64,000 nt of DNA, taken from assembly GCA_036556565.1 (NCBI GenBank), contig DATBJE010000267.1:166-64165 (forward strand). The letters are read 5' to 3'. The notes under the pieces were generated by a model. The model worked only from the letters and a program-made list of their open reading frames with translations. It ran no database searches and had not been told where the DNA came from. The DNA is from Gaiellaceae bacterium (GTDB lineage Bacteria; Actinomycetota; Thermoleophilia; Gaiellales; Gaiellaceae). A program made the translations under genes and the position numbers. Positions 56,599 through 64,000 of the stretch are shown in pieces (positions within the stretch are counted from its first letter, which is position 1; every line of letters starts with the position of its first letter).

Positions 56599-58082
56599 TA
56601 CGCGCCCTTCCCGGCCACGACCGCCGGGATCGTCCGGAGCAGGATCGAGATGTCGAGCCAGATCGACCAGTTCTCCAGGTAATAGAAGTCGAGCCGGACG
56701 AGATCGTCGAACTCGAGGTCGGAGCGGCCGGCGATCTGCCAGAGGCCGGTCATCCCGGGCAGCACCCGGTAGCGCTTGCGGTGCCAGGCCTCGAGCAGCC
56801 GGTAGTCGCGGATCGGCAGCGGCCGCGGCCCGACGAGGCTCATCTCGCCGCGCAGGACGTTCAGCACCTGCGGGACCTCGTCCAGGGACAGCCGCCGGAG
56901 CACGGCGCCGACCCGGGTCACGCGCGGGTCGTCCTTGAGCTTGAACAGTGCGCCCTTGGCCTCGTTCTCGGCCTCGAGCTGCGGCTGGAGCGCCGCCGCG
57001 TCGTGCTGCATCGTGCGGAACTTGAGCATCGCGAACTCCTGCTCGTTCAGCCCGACGCGCCGGTCCCGGTAGAGGACGGGGCCGCGCGACGTGAGCTTGA
57101 TCGCGATCGCGATGGCGAGCCAGATCGGGAACCCGATCACGACGATCAGCCCGCTGACGAGCAGGTCGAAGGCGCGCTTGACGAGCCAGTCCGTCCCGAC
57201 GAACGCGGGTGGCCGGAGCTCGAAGAGCGGGACGCCCTGGCCGGCGATGTAGTCCGCCCGCTGCGTCAGCAACTCGGTCGTCGTCGGCGCCAGCCGGACG
57301 CGGACGCCGCGCCGGTGCGCCAGGTCGACGAGCTCGAGCAGCTCGCGGTCGGTGTAGTCGGACTCGGCCACGATCAGCTCGTCGATGTCGTGCTCGGCCA
57401 CGACCTGCGGAAGGTCGGAGATCCGGCCGAGGAAGCGCATCGGCATGCCGTCGCCGGACGGGCCGACCGCGCCGAGGAACTCGTAGCGGATGCCGCTCCG
57501 CCCCTCGCCCAGGATCCGGCGCAGGTGCCCGACCCGCTCGTGGTCGCCGACGAGCACCGCGCGCCGCCTGACGCCCGCCGCACGCAGGAGGTCCTCCGTG
57601 ACGACCTCGTAGCTCGCCCGGAGCAGGCCGACGAAGATGCCGGTCAGCACGACCGCGGTCGGCGCGAGGCCGTACGTGCCGAAGTCGCGGTTCGTCCCCA
57701 CGCCGTACACCACCGCGACGAGGCCGACGAGGATCAGCGAGCCGATGATCTTGCCGCCGCCGCCCCGGCGCTCGCGCTCGGCGTAGAGGCCGGCGCGCCA
57801 GAAGACGAGCAGCAGCACGAGGACGAGGAAGGGCAGCCACTCCGACTCGGCGCGCCAGAGCGCGCCCCAGAGGATCTCGTCGCCGTAGTAGAGCGCCCGG
57901 AGCACGAAGGCCCCGTAGAGCCCGAGGACGAGCCCGATCACGTCGAGCGCGACCAGGGCGAAGATGCTGAGCCCGCGGCGGACGAACGCCGGGAGCGACG
58001 TCCCGAAGACGAGCGGGCGCGCCGACCGGATGTCGCCGACGGAGGGCGGCCCGGCGTCCCTCGGCGCTTCTTTGGTAGCCAC
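56595..58082 (-). CDS. Polyprenyl-phosphate glycosyl-1-phosphate transferase (WbaP/Bac_transf family), initiating enzyme
   Basis: N-terminal TM block and central Rossmann-like region. C-terminal KRAFDLLVSGL, RRVGLNEQEFAMLKFRTM, LDEVPQVLNVLRGEMSLVGPRP, PGMTGLWQ. Confidence 0.9.
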   Translation of the reverse strand: MATKEAPRDAGPPSVGDIRSARPLVFGTSLPAFVRRGLSIFALVALDVIGLVLGLYGAFVLRALYYGDEILWGALWRAESEWLPFLVLVLLLVFWRAGLYAERERRGGGGKIIGSLILVGLVAVVYGVGTNRDFGTYGLAPTAVVLTGIFVGLLRASYEVVTEDLLRAAGVRRRAVLVGDHERVGHLRRILGEGRSGIRYEFLGAVGPSGDGMPMRFLGRISDLPQVVAEHDIDELIVAESDYTDRELLELVDLAHRRGVRVRLAPTTTELLTQRADYIAGQGVPLFELRPPAFVGTDWLVKRAFDLLVSGLIVVIGFPIWLAIAIAIKLTSRGPVLYRDRRVGLNEQEFAMLKFRTMQHDAAALQPQLEAENEAKGALFKLKDDPRVTRVGAVLRRLSLDEVPQVLNVLRGEMSLVGPRPLPIRDYRLLEAWHRKRYRVLPGMTGLWQIAGRSDLEFDDLVRLDFYYLENWSIWLDISILLRTIPAVVAGKGAY

Positions 58083-58115
58083 GGAGCGACGAAGTCTACG
58101 TTCGCCGCTCCGTGG
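58079..58115 (-). promoter_or_regulatory. Intercistronic hairpin whose 3' arm contains the WbaP GTG start codon
   Basis: CCACGGAGCG (58079..58088) is the exact reverse complement of CGCTCCGTGG (58106..58115), and pairing extends by CGAA/TTCG. GTG 58082..58080 lies inside the stem. Confidence 0.5.
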
Positions 58116-58122
58116 CGAAAGC

Positions 58123-58140
58123 TCGGCCGCTAGCGGCCGA
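58123..58140. repeat. Perfect 18-bp palindrome TCGGCCGCTAGCGGCCGA centred on the hydrolase stop codon
   Basis: Read directly. The central CTAG contains the TAG stop (58130..58132, minus strand). Confidence 0.7.
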
Positions 58141-59293
58141 AGACCTGAAACGTGCGGAACGCCGGCTTGCGCGCTCCGCGCCGGGTGACGACACCCGACT
58201 GCCAGCCGCTCAGCCGCGGCTCGTCACGGATCAGGAACCAGACGAAGACGTCGATCCGGCGCGTCTTCTTCGCCATCGCGATCGCCTGGCGCATGTACTT
58301 CGCCTGGTTCGCGTACGAGACGCCGAAGAGCCGGTCCGGCGGGTTGGTCTGGTAGCCGTACTCGGTGACCCAGACCCGGGTCTTGCGGCCCCAGAGCTTG
58401 TTCACGTGCTTGATCAGCAGGCCGATGTTCCCCATCGTCACGGCCTTCTTCGAACGCGGCACCGTCGACGGCTTCTCGGTGCGGTGGCCGTAGTACGGAT
58501 GGTGCGCGTATGCGTCGATCCGGCGCACGCCGGCGCGCCGCATCCACGTCATGAAGACGAGCGGCGAGGTGGACGGGCGGGACGTGCCCGGCGCGTCGTT
58601 GCCGCGCGGGCCCGTGGCGCCGCAGGCGACCTTCTGGCCGGCGAGACGCGTGGCGTGGACCCCTGCCCAGATCGCGTTGCAGATCTTCGCGTAGTCGTAC
58701 GCGGCCTGGACGCGCCACTTGCGGGCGACCCGCTTCCACTGCGGCCGGAGGAAGACCGGGTTGTTCGGCTCGTTCCAGGCCAGCCACTGGCGGACGGCCG
58801 GAAGCGTCCGCTCCGGCTCGTTCTCGGACTCCTTGACCGTGTAGGTGCCGCTGTAGCGCAGTGCCGCGGCCGTCGCGAAGAGACGCAGGTCGATCGGACG
58901 GGTCGGGACGCGGTTCCGCGCGCGGCCGGCCCAGCGGGGCGTGCCGTAGATCGCGAGCAGCACGCGGATGCCCTTCTTGTCCGCCTCGTCGATCACACGG
59001 TCGACCGCCGTCCAGTTGTAGGCGGGATCGGCCGGGTCGGCGGGCTTCGCCGGGCGACGCTTGGCGATGGTGCCCCAGTCCAGCGTCGTGCGGACGAGCC
59101 CTGCGCGGAGGGAACGGAGCTGCGTGTACGCCCAGGAGGTGTTGCCGTAGACCTGTGCGTCGTCGTAGAAACCGAACTGCATGCGGGTCGCGCTCGAGCG
59201 CTTCTCCGCCGAGTCGGCCTCACGGGTCACCGAGCCGGCGACCGCCGCAGCCGAGAGAACTAAGACGAGTACCAGGACGACACGTCTAAACAC
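58130..59293 (-). CDS. Secreted clan GH-A (TIM-barrel) glycoside hydrolase
   Basis: Signal-peptide-like [30 protein letters not shown] (acid/base NEP) and VWVTEYGY (nucleophile TE) as in GH5/GH39-type enzymes. Confidence 0.7.
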   Translation of the reverse strand: MFRRVVLVLVLVLSAAAVAGSVTREADSAEKRSSATRMQFGFYDDAQVYGNTSWAYTQLRSLRAGLVRTTLDWGTIAKRRPAKPADPADPAYNWTAVDRVIDEADKKGIRVLLAIYGTPRWAGRARNRVPTRPIDLRLFATAAALRYSGTYTVKESENEPERTLPAVRQWLAWNEPNNPVFLRPQWKRVARKWRVQAAYDYAKICNAIWAGVHATRLAGQKVACGATGPRGNDAPGTSRPSTSPLVFMTWMRRAGVRRIDAYAHHPYYGHRTEKPSTVPRSKKAVTMGNIGLLIKHVNKLWGRKTRVWVTEYGYQTNPPDRLFGVSYANQAKYMRQAIAMAKKTRRIDVFVWFLIRDEPRLSGWQSGVVTRRGARKPAFRTFQVFGR

Positions 59294-60224
59294 GGATTTG
59301 CTCCCTTCCTAGACTTGGCAACATTCGGCGCAGACCCTCTTCGAGCTCGATCTCGGGGGCCCAGCCGAGGATCTCCTTTGCACGCGTGATGTCGGGTTGG
59401 CGGATCTGCGGGTCGTCGACCGGCAGGGCCTCGTGGACGATCTCGCTCCTCGACTCCGTTACCCGGATCACCGTTTCCGCAAGCTCGAAGATCGTAAACT
59501 CGCCCGGATTTCCCAAATTGACGGGCTTGTGCTCCTCGCTCGTGGCGAGCAGGTAGAGCCCCCGGATCAGGTCGTCGACGTAGCAGAAGCTCCTCGTCTG
59601 CGACCCGTCCCCGAAGACCGTCAGCGGCTTGTGCTCCAGCGCCTGGCGCATGAACGTCGGGATCGCGCGGCCGTCGTGTGGCCGCATCCGCGGCCCGTAC
59701 GTGTTGAAGATCCGGACGATCGCCGTGTCTACGCCCTGCTGGCGGTGGTACGCCATCGTCATCGCCTCGGCGTACCGCTTCGCCTCGTCGTAGACCCCGC
59801 GCGGCCCGGTCGGGTTGACGTTCCCCCAGTAGGTCTCGGGCTGCGGGTGGACCTGCGGGTCGCCGTAGATCTCGCTCGTCGAGGCGAGCAGGAAGCGCGC
59901 CCGCTTCCACTTCGCCAGACCCAGCGCATTGTGCGTGCCGTACGACCCCGTCTTCAGCGAGTGCAGCGGCTGACGGAGGTAGTCGATCGGGCTGGCCAGC
60001 GCCGCGAGGTGGAACACGAGGTCCACCGGCTCGTCGATGTCGATCCGCTCGATCACGTCGTGGTACAGGAACGTGAACCGGTCGTCGCGGATGTGCTCGA
60101 GGTTGCCGAGCGTGCTCGACTCGAGGTTGTCGATGCAGATCACCTTGTGGCCCTGCGCGAGCAGGTACTCACAGAGATGGGAACCGAGGAACCCGGCTCC
60201 GCCGGTGACGACCGCAGTGGCCAC
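59286..60224 (-). CDS. uxs: UDP-glucuronate decarboxylase (UDP-xylose synthase)
   Basis: GTG start. [68 protein letters not shown]. Confidence 0.9.
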   Translation of the reverse strand: MATAVVTGGAGFLGSHLCEYLLAQGHKVICIDNLESSTLGNLEHIRDDRFTFLYHDVIERIDIDEPVDLVFHLAALASPIDYLRQPLHSLKTGSYGTHNALGLAKWKRARFLLASTSEIYGDPQVHPQPETYWGNVNPTGPRGVYDEAKRYAEAMTMAYHRQQGVDTAIVRIFNTYGPRMRPHDGRAIPTFMRQALEHKPLTVFGDGSQTRSFCYVDDLIRGLYLLATSEEHKPVNLGNPGEFTIFELAETVIRVTESRSEIVHEALPVDDPQIRQPDITRAKEILGWAPEIELEEGLRRMLPSLGREQIRV

Positions 60225-60233
60225 TGCTGACCT

Positions 60234-60239
60234 AGGTTA
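60234..60239 (-). promoter_or_regulatory. -10-like TAACCT box 9 nt upstream of the uxs GTG start
   Basis: Minus strand reads TAACCT-AGGTCAGCA-GTG, downstream of the terminator. Confidence 0.35.
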
Positions 60240-60286
60240 TCGGCCGGTCCGGAAAGGCCTGCTCTCCTTTACGAAGGCTTTACCGC

Positions 60287-60314
60287 AAAAAACCGCTGCT
60301 AGCGCGGGTTTTTT
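60287..60314 (-). terminator. Intrinsic (bidirectional-looking) terminator: A6 - GC stem/loop - T6
   Basis: Plus strand reads AAAAAACCGCTGCTAGCGCGGGTTTTTT. Minus-strand RNA reads AAAAAACCCGCGCUAGCAGCGGUUUUUU. It is the most AT-rich element in the window. The stem is short (about 4 GC pairs plus a bulge plus A:U pairs). Confidence 0.55.
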
Positions 60315-60345
60315 ACCGAAGGTCCTTGTTCGACTCCATGTCGAA
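60313..60345 (-). pseudogene. Orphan remnant of a GT gene 3' end (FDMESNKDLR-stop)
   Basis: Minus strand reads TTC GAC ATG GAG TCG AAC AAG GAC CTT CGG TAA. The live gene end at 60430..60462 reads TTC GAC ATG GAG TCG AAC AAA GAT CTG AGG TAG. All 5 differences are synonymous. Confidence 0.65.
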
Positions 60346-60347
60346 CC

Positions 60348-60419
60348 GGCCGCAACGCGGCCTGTCCGCCGCAGGCGGACCGGTGGAAGGGGTCTGGGGA
60401 GACCGGGAGGTTTCCCCAG
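60348..60419 (-). other. Run of GC-rich hairpins in the 3' UTR of the GtrB-like gene
   Basis: GGCCGC-AAC-GCGGCC (60348..60362) and GTCCGCC-GCA-GGCGGAC (60364..60380). GGTCT-GGGG-AGACC (60391..60404) is mutually exclusive with CTGGGGA...TCCCCAG (60394..60419). Confidence 0.5.
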
Positions 60420-60429
60420 CTACCCGCCG

Positions 60430-61374
60430 CTACCTCAGATCTTTGTTCGACTCCATGTCGAACCACATCGCAAAGAGCGTGAACTGCGTGCCAGAGATGA
60501 GCAGCAGCGCGACGAGGGTCGCGGTGCCGGCGGTGATGTCCCCGGCGAGGAAGATCCGCTCGATCGCGACCCAGCCGCCGAGCGCGAGCCCCAGGGTCGT
60601 CATCACGATCCCCAGCGCGTAGAAGAAGACGAGCGGGTGGAAGTCGCGGATCACGTACTTCTCGCGCAGCCGCCAGAAGAAGCCCTTGAAGAGCAGCCAC
60701 GCGATCGCGGGAACCACCTTCCAGAGCCGGATCCCCGAGCGCTCGCCGACGTTGTAGATCGGCCGGGACGGGAAGTCGCGCACCCGCGCGTTCCACACGT
60801 TCAGGTGGACGAGCATGTCGTTGGGGAAGCCGTAGCGCGGGTAGATCCGGTCGAGGTCGAGCTGCTGCAGCATCGGCCTCGTGATCGCCGTGAACCCGGA
60901 CTGCGAGTCCGCGACGTGCCAGTAGCCCGAAGCGATCTTCGTCAGCATCGAGAGGACGGCGTTGCCGAGGTAGCGGTGCCGCGGCATCAGCTGCCACGCC
61001 TGGCCGGTGAAGAGCCGGTTCGCCTTCGCGTAGTCGACCTCCCCACGGGCGGCGGCGCCGACGATGGTCTCGAGATCCTGCGCGTCCATCTGCCCGTCGG
61101 CGGCCATGACGGCGGTGACGTCGACCTTCTCCTCGAGCGCGCGCTTGTAGCCCGTGACGATCGCGGCGCCGACGCCGCGGTTGCGGTCGTGGCCGAGCAC
61201 CTCGACCCTCGGGTCGCCGGACTCCGCGGCCCGCGCGGCCGTCGCGTCGCTCGAGTGGTCGTCCACGACGTAGATCCGGTCGACGAAGGCGGGGATCGTC
61301 GCGAGCGTCCGGCCGATCAGCTCCTCCTCGTCGTGGGCCGGGACGACGACCGCGACCCGCTTGCCGTCGACCAT
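60430..61374 (-). CDS. Polyprenyl-phosphate glycosyltransferase-like GT2 (GtrB/DPM1 type) with C-terminal TM helices
   Basis: VAVVVPAHDEEELIGRT, YVVDDHSSDAT, NRGVGAAIVTGY, AADGQMD, DSQSGFTAI, then 2-3 TM helices. Confidence 0.8.
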   Translation of the reverse strand: MVDGKRVAVVVPAHDEEELIGRTLATIPAFVDRIYVVDDHSSDATAARAAESGDPRVEVLGHDRNRGVGAAIVTGYKRALEEKVDVTAVMAADGQMDAQDLETIVGAAARGEVDYAKANRLFTGQAWQLMPRHRYLGNAVLSMLTKIASGYWHVADSQSGFTAITRPMLQQLDLDRIYPRYGFPNDMLVHLNVWNARVRDFPSRPIYNVGERSGIRLWKVVPAIAWLLFKGFFWRLREKYVIRDFHPLVFFYALGIVMTTLGLALGGWVAIERIFLAGDITAGTATLVALLLISGTQFTLFAMWFDMESNKDLR

Positions 61375-62294
61375 TAGTTGGTGCGGGGGCGGAAGCGGCG
61401 CTCGGCCGGCTCCCAGAGGATCGCCGCGAGCAGGCCGAGGATCAGGCCGATCAGCCCGCCGACGAGCAGCGAGCGGTCGACGCTCCGCGCGGTCGTCTTC
61501 CTGGACGCGGCCTGATTCACGACGCTCGGCGCCTCGACGTTCTCGGCCAGCGAGAGCGCCTGCCTGCCCTCGAGGAGATTCTGGGTGACGAGGCCGCGGC
61601 GCTCGACCAGCGACCCGATCGTGGCATTGAGCGTGGTCACGCCGATCAGGCGGTCGGTGGCACTCAGGCTGCGATCGTTCTGGAGGCGGGTCAGCTCCGC
61701 CTGGGCGGCGTCGAGACGCCGCTCGCTCTCGGCCAGCTCGCGCTCGTCGGCGGAGATCCCCTCCTGGAGCGCCGAGATCTTGTCGGCGACGTACGGGTTG
61801 ACGTCGTCGACCACCTCTGCGGCGAGCAGGTTGGCCGCCCTCGCCGTTACGCGGGCGTTCTGGCCGGTCACCGCGACCTCGATCAGCGGCGTCGTCCCGG
61901 CGACGACGCGGCGCCCCGCGGGGGGCGACACCTGACGGCTGGTCACGTTGCCGCGGAGCTTGCCGATGTCCATCCCGCTTCGTTCGGCGACGCGCTGAAG
62001 CACGTCCTCGCTGTGGACGATCTCGTTCACGGTGGACGGGTTCGTGGCGAGCCCGGGAACCGGCGCGCCGCCGTTCGGCGAGAACGGCTGGCCGAGATAC
62101 AGCGTCGCCTCGGCGCGGTAGACGTCACCGCCGCCGATCGCGAGCGCGTAGCCGGCCGCGATCCCGAGCAGGAGCCCGAGGACCGGCAGCCACCAGCGGC
62201 GCTTGACCGCCTCCCACCACCCGCGGACGTCGACCTCGCGCTCGGCGTCGAGGTCGAGCTCCTCCGGCGGAACCCGCTGCTGCGTCGTCGTCAT
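61374..62294 (-). CDS. Wzz-like polysaccharide co-polymerase (chain-length determinant)
   Basis: N-terminal TM (WWLPVLGLLLGIAAGYAL), Wzz-type YRAEATLYL motif, long coiled-coil region, C-terminal TM (LLVGGLIGLILGLLAAIL). Confidence 0.7.
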   Translation of the reverse strand: MTTTQQRVPPEELDLDAEREVDVRGWWEAVKRRWWLPVLGLLLGIAAGYALAIGGGDVYRAEATLYLGQPFSPNGGAPVPGLATNPSTVNEIVHSEDVLQRVAERSGMDIGKLRGNVTSRQVSPPAGRRVVAGTTPLIEVAVTGQNARVTARAANLLAAEVVDDVNPYVADKISALQEGISADERELAESERRLDAAQAELTRLQNDRSLSATDRLIGVTTLNATIGSLVERRGLVTQNLLEGRQALSLAENVEAPSVVNQAASRKTTARSVDRSLLVGGLIGLILGLLAAILWEPAERRFRPRTN

Positions 62295-63406
62295 CCCGGC
62301 GGGACCCTAGCTAGCAGCGCGGCGTACAGCTGCTCGTGCGCCTCCGCGATCGCGTCCCAGGAGAGGGCTCTGCGAGCGGCCTCCGTGGCGCGAAAGGCCT
62401 GCTCGAGCGCGGCCGGGTCGTCGAGGAGGCCGCGGATCGCGTCGGCCAGTGCGGCCGGGTCCTCCCGCGGGACGACGGCGCCCACGTCGTGCTCGGTGAC
62501 CAGCTCGCCGAGGACGTCGCTGACGACGGCGGGACGCCCGTGGCCGATCGCGGTCGCGAGCGCGCCGGACGCCGACTCGCCGCTCCGGTAGGGAAAGACG
62601 GCCAGCGTGGCGTCGCGCATCAGCCGCTCGACCTCGGCGGCGTCGAGGTAGCCGAGCCGCCAGTCGATCCGGTCGGCGACGCCCACCTCGCTCGCGAGCG
62701 CCTGCACGGGCTCGACCGGGTCGAGCGGATCCCCCGCGACGACGAGCCGCGCGTCGGGCACCTCGGCCAGCGCCCGTACGAGCACGTCCAGCCCCTTGTA
62801 GCCGCGGATCAACCCGAAGAAGAGCAGGTTGCGCCCGCGTGGCAGCTCGATCGCGGCTGCCGGCGGCGCGTCGAAGGTCCCGTGAGGGATCCGCACAGCT
62901 CGCTCCGGCGGCACGCCGAACCGCTCGAGCTCCTCGAGGCCGCGCTGCGTGTGGACGACGACGCGGTCGAAGGCGCCGTACAGCGCGCGGCGGCTCTCGA
63001 CGTCCACCTCCCCCGAGTGCGGCAGCACGTTGTGCGCGGTGAGGACACGCGGCCGCGGCAGGCGGCGGGCCCAGACGAGGTCCCGGCGGCCGAGCGGCAG
63101 CCACTGGACGTGGACGACGTCGGGGTTCGAGCGGCGGGCGCGCGCCAGGAGCCGGAGGACGCTCGGGCCGTACTCGACCGCCTTCAGCGGCCGCCGGAGC
63201 GGCGACCGCGGCGACCGTCGCAGAAGGCGGCCGCTGAGCGGGAGGAAGAGCTCGCTGCGGCGGTAGCCGTCCGGCGCCGGCGGCTTCCCGAAAGCGAAGG
63301 GCGAGGTCAGCAGCTCGACCTCGTGGCTCCGCGCGGCCAGGGCCGAGGCGAGGTGATGGTCGTACGCAGGCGAGTACGAGGGCGGATCGAGCAGCGCGAT
63401 TCGCAC
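62291..63406 (-). CDS. Glycosyltransferase, GT4 family
   Basis: GTG 63406 (VRIALLDPPSYSPAYDHHL) is preferred over ATG 63448 because of the TATGAT box and to avoid overlapping the divergent gene. SGESASGALATAIGHGRPAVVS. Confidence 0.8.
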   Translation of the reverse strand: MRIALLDPPSYSPAYDHHLASALAARSHEVELLTSPFAFGKPPAPDGYRRSELFLPLSGRLLRRSPRSPLRRPLKAVEYGPSVLRLLARARRSNPDVVHVQWLPLGRRDLVWARRLPRPRVLTAHNVLPHSGEVDVESRRALYGAFDRVVVHTQRGLEELERFGVPPERAVRIPHGTFDAPPAAAIELPRGRNLLFFGLIRGYKGLDVLVRALAEVPDARLVVAGDPLDPVEPVQALASEVGVADRIDWRLGYLDAAEVERLMRDATLAVFPYRSGESASGALATAIGHGRPAVVSDVLGELVTEHDVGAVVPREDPAALADAIRGLLDDPAALEQAFRATEAARRALSWDAIAEAHEQLYAALLARVPPG

Positions 63407-63415
63407 CGGGCCAGC

Positions 63416-63421
63416 ATCATA
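63416..63421 (-). promoter_or_regulatory. -10-like TATGAT box 9 nt upstream of GTG 63406
   Basis: Minus strand reads TATGAT-GCTGGCCCG-GTG. Confidence 0.4.
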
Positions 63422-63440
63422 GGTGCCGCTCCAACCGCTC

Positions 63441-64000
63441 TTGGACATCCTCTACTTCCACCAGTACTTCGCCACCCGGCGGCGCTCGACGGCCACGCGC
63501 TCGTACGAGCTCGCGCGGCGGCTCGTCGACCGCGGCCACCGCGTGACGATCGTCAGCCGCGACACGCGCAAGCTCGAGTCGGGGAGAGACGGCCGGCCGC
63601 GCGGCCGGCTCGTCGCACGGGAGCGCGTGGACGGCATCGACGTGCTGTTCCTGAACGTCCCGTACGCGAACCGCTACCCCACGCCGCTGCGCCTGGCCTC
63701 GTTCACCGCGTTCACGCTCGCCGCCGGCATCGCGGGCGCGCTCGAGCGCAAGCCGGACGTGGTGTTCGCCTCCTCGACGCCGCTGACGATCGGCCTCGCC
63801 GGGCTCTCGACGGCGCGGCTGAAGCGCGTGCCGTTCGTCTTCGAGATCCGCGACCTGTGGCCGGCGGTGCCGATCGAGCTCGGGGCGCTCACGAGCGGGC
63901 CTGCCGTCAAGAGCGCGGAGTGGCTCGAGCAGCGGCTCTACGACGGCGCCGAGAAGATCGTCGTGCTCAGCGAGGGCGCCCAGCAGGACCTGGTGCGGCG
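63441..64000 (+). CDS. Glycosyltransferase, GT4 family, WcaI/WbuB-like (3' end leaves the window)
   Basis: Not in the ORF track (no in-window stop). Own translation from TTG 63441 gives LDILYFHQYFATRRRSTATRSYELARRLVDRGHRVTIVS...VVFASSTPLTIGLAG...FVFEIRDLWP. GTG 63423 is an alternative start. Confidence 0.75.
   Translation, partial: MDILYFHQYFATRRRSTATRSYELARRLVDRGHRVTIVSRDTRKLESGRDGRPRGRLVARERVDGIDVLFLNVPYANRYPTPLRLASFTAFTLAAGIAGALERKPDVVFASSTPLTIGLAGLSTARLKRVPFVFEIRDLWPAVPIELGALTSGPAVKSAEWLEQRLYDGAEKIVVLSEGAQQDLVR

Noticed and set aside
56595-56640. Programmed -1 frameshift fusing WbaP to the downstream GT2.
   Set aside because: No X-XXY-YYZ slippery heptamer lies upstream of the TAG (the sequence is GCC GGG AAG GGC GCG TAC TAG), and I could find no obvious downstream pseudoknot. 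Left only as one of several explanations for the missing start codon.
60262-60270. Strong Shine-Dalgarno-like AAAGGAGAG on the minus strand, suggesting a hidden small ORF.
   Set aside because: No ATG, GTG or TTG lies within 5-15 nt downstream. The in-frame path to the uxs GTG is blocked by TAA. Kept only as a possible pairing partner of the C-rich hairpin loops.
60328-60346. GTTCGACTCC looked like a tRNA T-arm (GGTTCGAATCC), raising the idea of a tRNA fragment or att site.
   Set aside because: No matching 5-bp T-stem, acceptor stem or anticodon arm can be drawn. The sequence is simply the codons FDMES of the GT gene end and its fossil copy.
60348-60419. Resemblance to the actinobacterial 6C sRNA (C-rich hairpin loops).
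   Set aside because: The loops here have only 4 C residues, and I cannot reproduce the two-hairpin 6C consensus from memory with confidence. An Rfam scan is needed before making any claim.
60313-60464. Possible CRISPR-like or MITE repeat, because of the 35-nt direct repeat.
   Set aside because: There are only two copies, no cas genes and no terminal inverted repeats. The repeat is in-frame coding sequence with synonymous differences, so a relic gene end fits better.
60326-60997. Track ORFs 60326..60622 (+), 60037..61377 (+) and 60299..60997 (-) across the intergenic region.
   Set aside because: They span the terminator and hairpins or are antisense to the GtrB-like gene. They have no motifs and a low-complexity composition.

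Overview
Very GC-rich (about 70% by eye) bacterial DNA. All ~64 genes I can support belong to one continuous cell-envelope glycan biosynthesis super-locus that runs off both window edges.

Export and initiation:
- a Wzm/Wzt ABC exporter; Wzt carries a C-terminal glycan-binding-like tail and is missing from the ORF track because its stop lies outside the window
- two Wzx-like MOP flippases
- a Wzz-like co-polymerase
- a WbaP-type initiating phosphotransferase

Transferases:
- about 30 glycosyltransferases: GT4/GT-B, GT2, one GT8 fusion, and two large GT-C/PMT_2-like membrane enzymes
- four polyprenyl-phosphate-sugar-synthase-like GT2s, two of them paired with DUF2304-like small membrane proteins
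- 11 methyltransferases: four FkbM-type, one NDP-hexose C-methyltransferase, one HAD fusion

Sugar supply and other enzymes:
- gmd plus a gmd paralogue, two RmlC-like cupins, UDP-xylose synthase, a CapD-like SDR and a Gfo/Idh/MocA oxidoreductase
- a complete CMP-Kdo supply route: kdsD, kdsA, a HAD phosphatase candidate, kdsB
- an ATP-grasp enzyme and a secreted clan GH-A hydrolase

I recognised no rRNA/tRNA, CRISPR, transposase/integrase, regulator, aminotransferase or acyltransferase.

Best leads:
1. The CMP-Kdo operon has no canonical Kdo transferase. It does have a GxGP(S/T)-type (CstII/Maf-like) domain fused to GT8 directly after kdsA.
2. There are duplicated PpgS-like GT2 + DUF2304 modules and two GT-C paralogues. 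One module and one GT-C are headed by an identical 11-nt TCCCTAGAATG promoter-proximal motif.
3. A fossil copy of the last 10 codons plus stop of a GT gene lies 117 bp downstream of the live copy. It differs only synonymously and abuts an intrinsic terminator.
4. TANNNT boxes sit 7-9 nt upstream of start codons at most operon heads, suggesting leaderless transcripts. I used this to refine several starts.

Limits: all family calls come from motif recognition by eye, with no HMM, BLAST or folding run. Many track ORFs are over-extended at the 5' end or are antisense artefacts of the GC bias. Start codons are my best choices.
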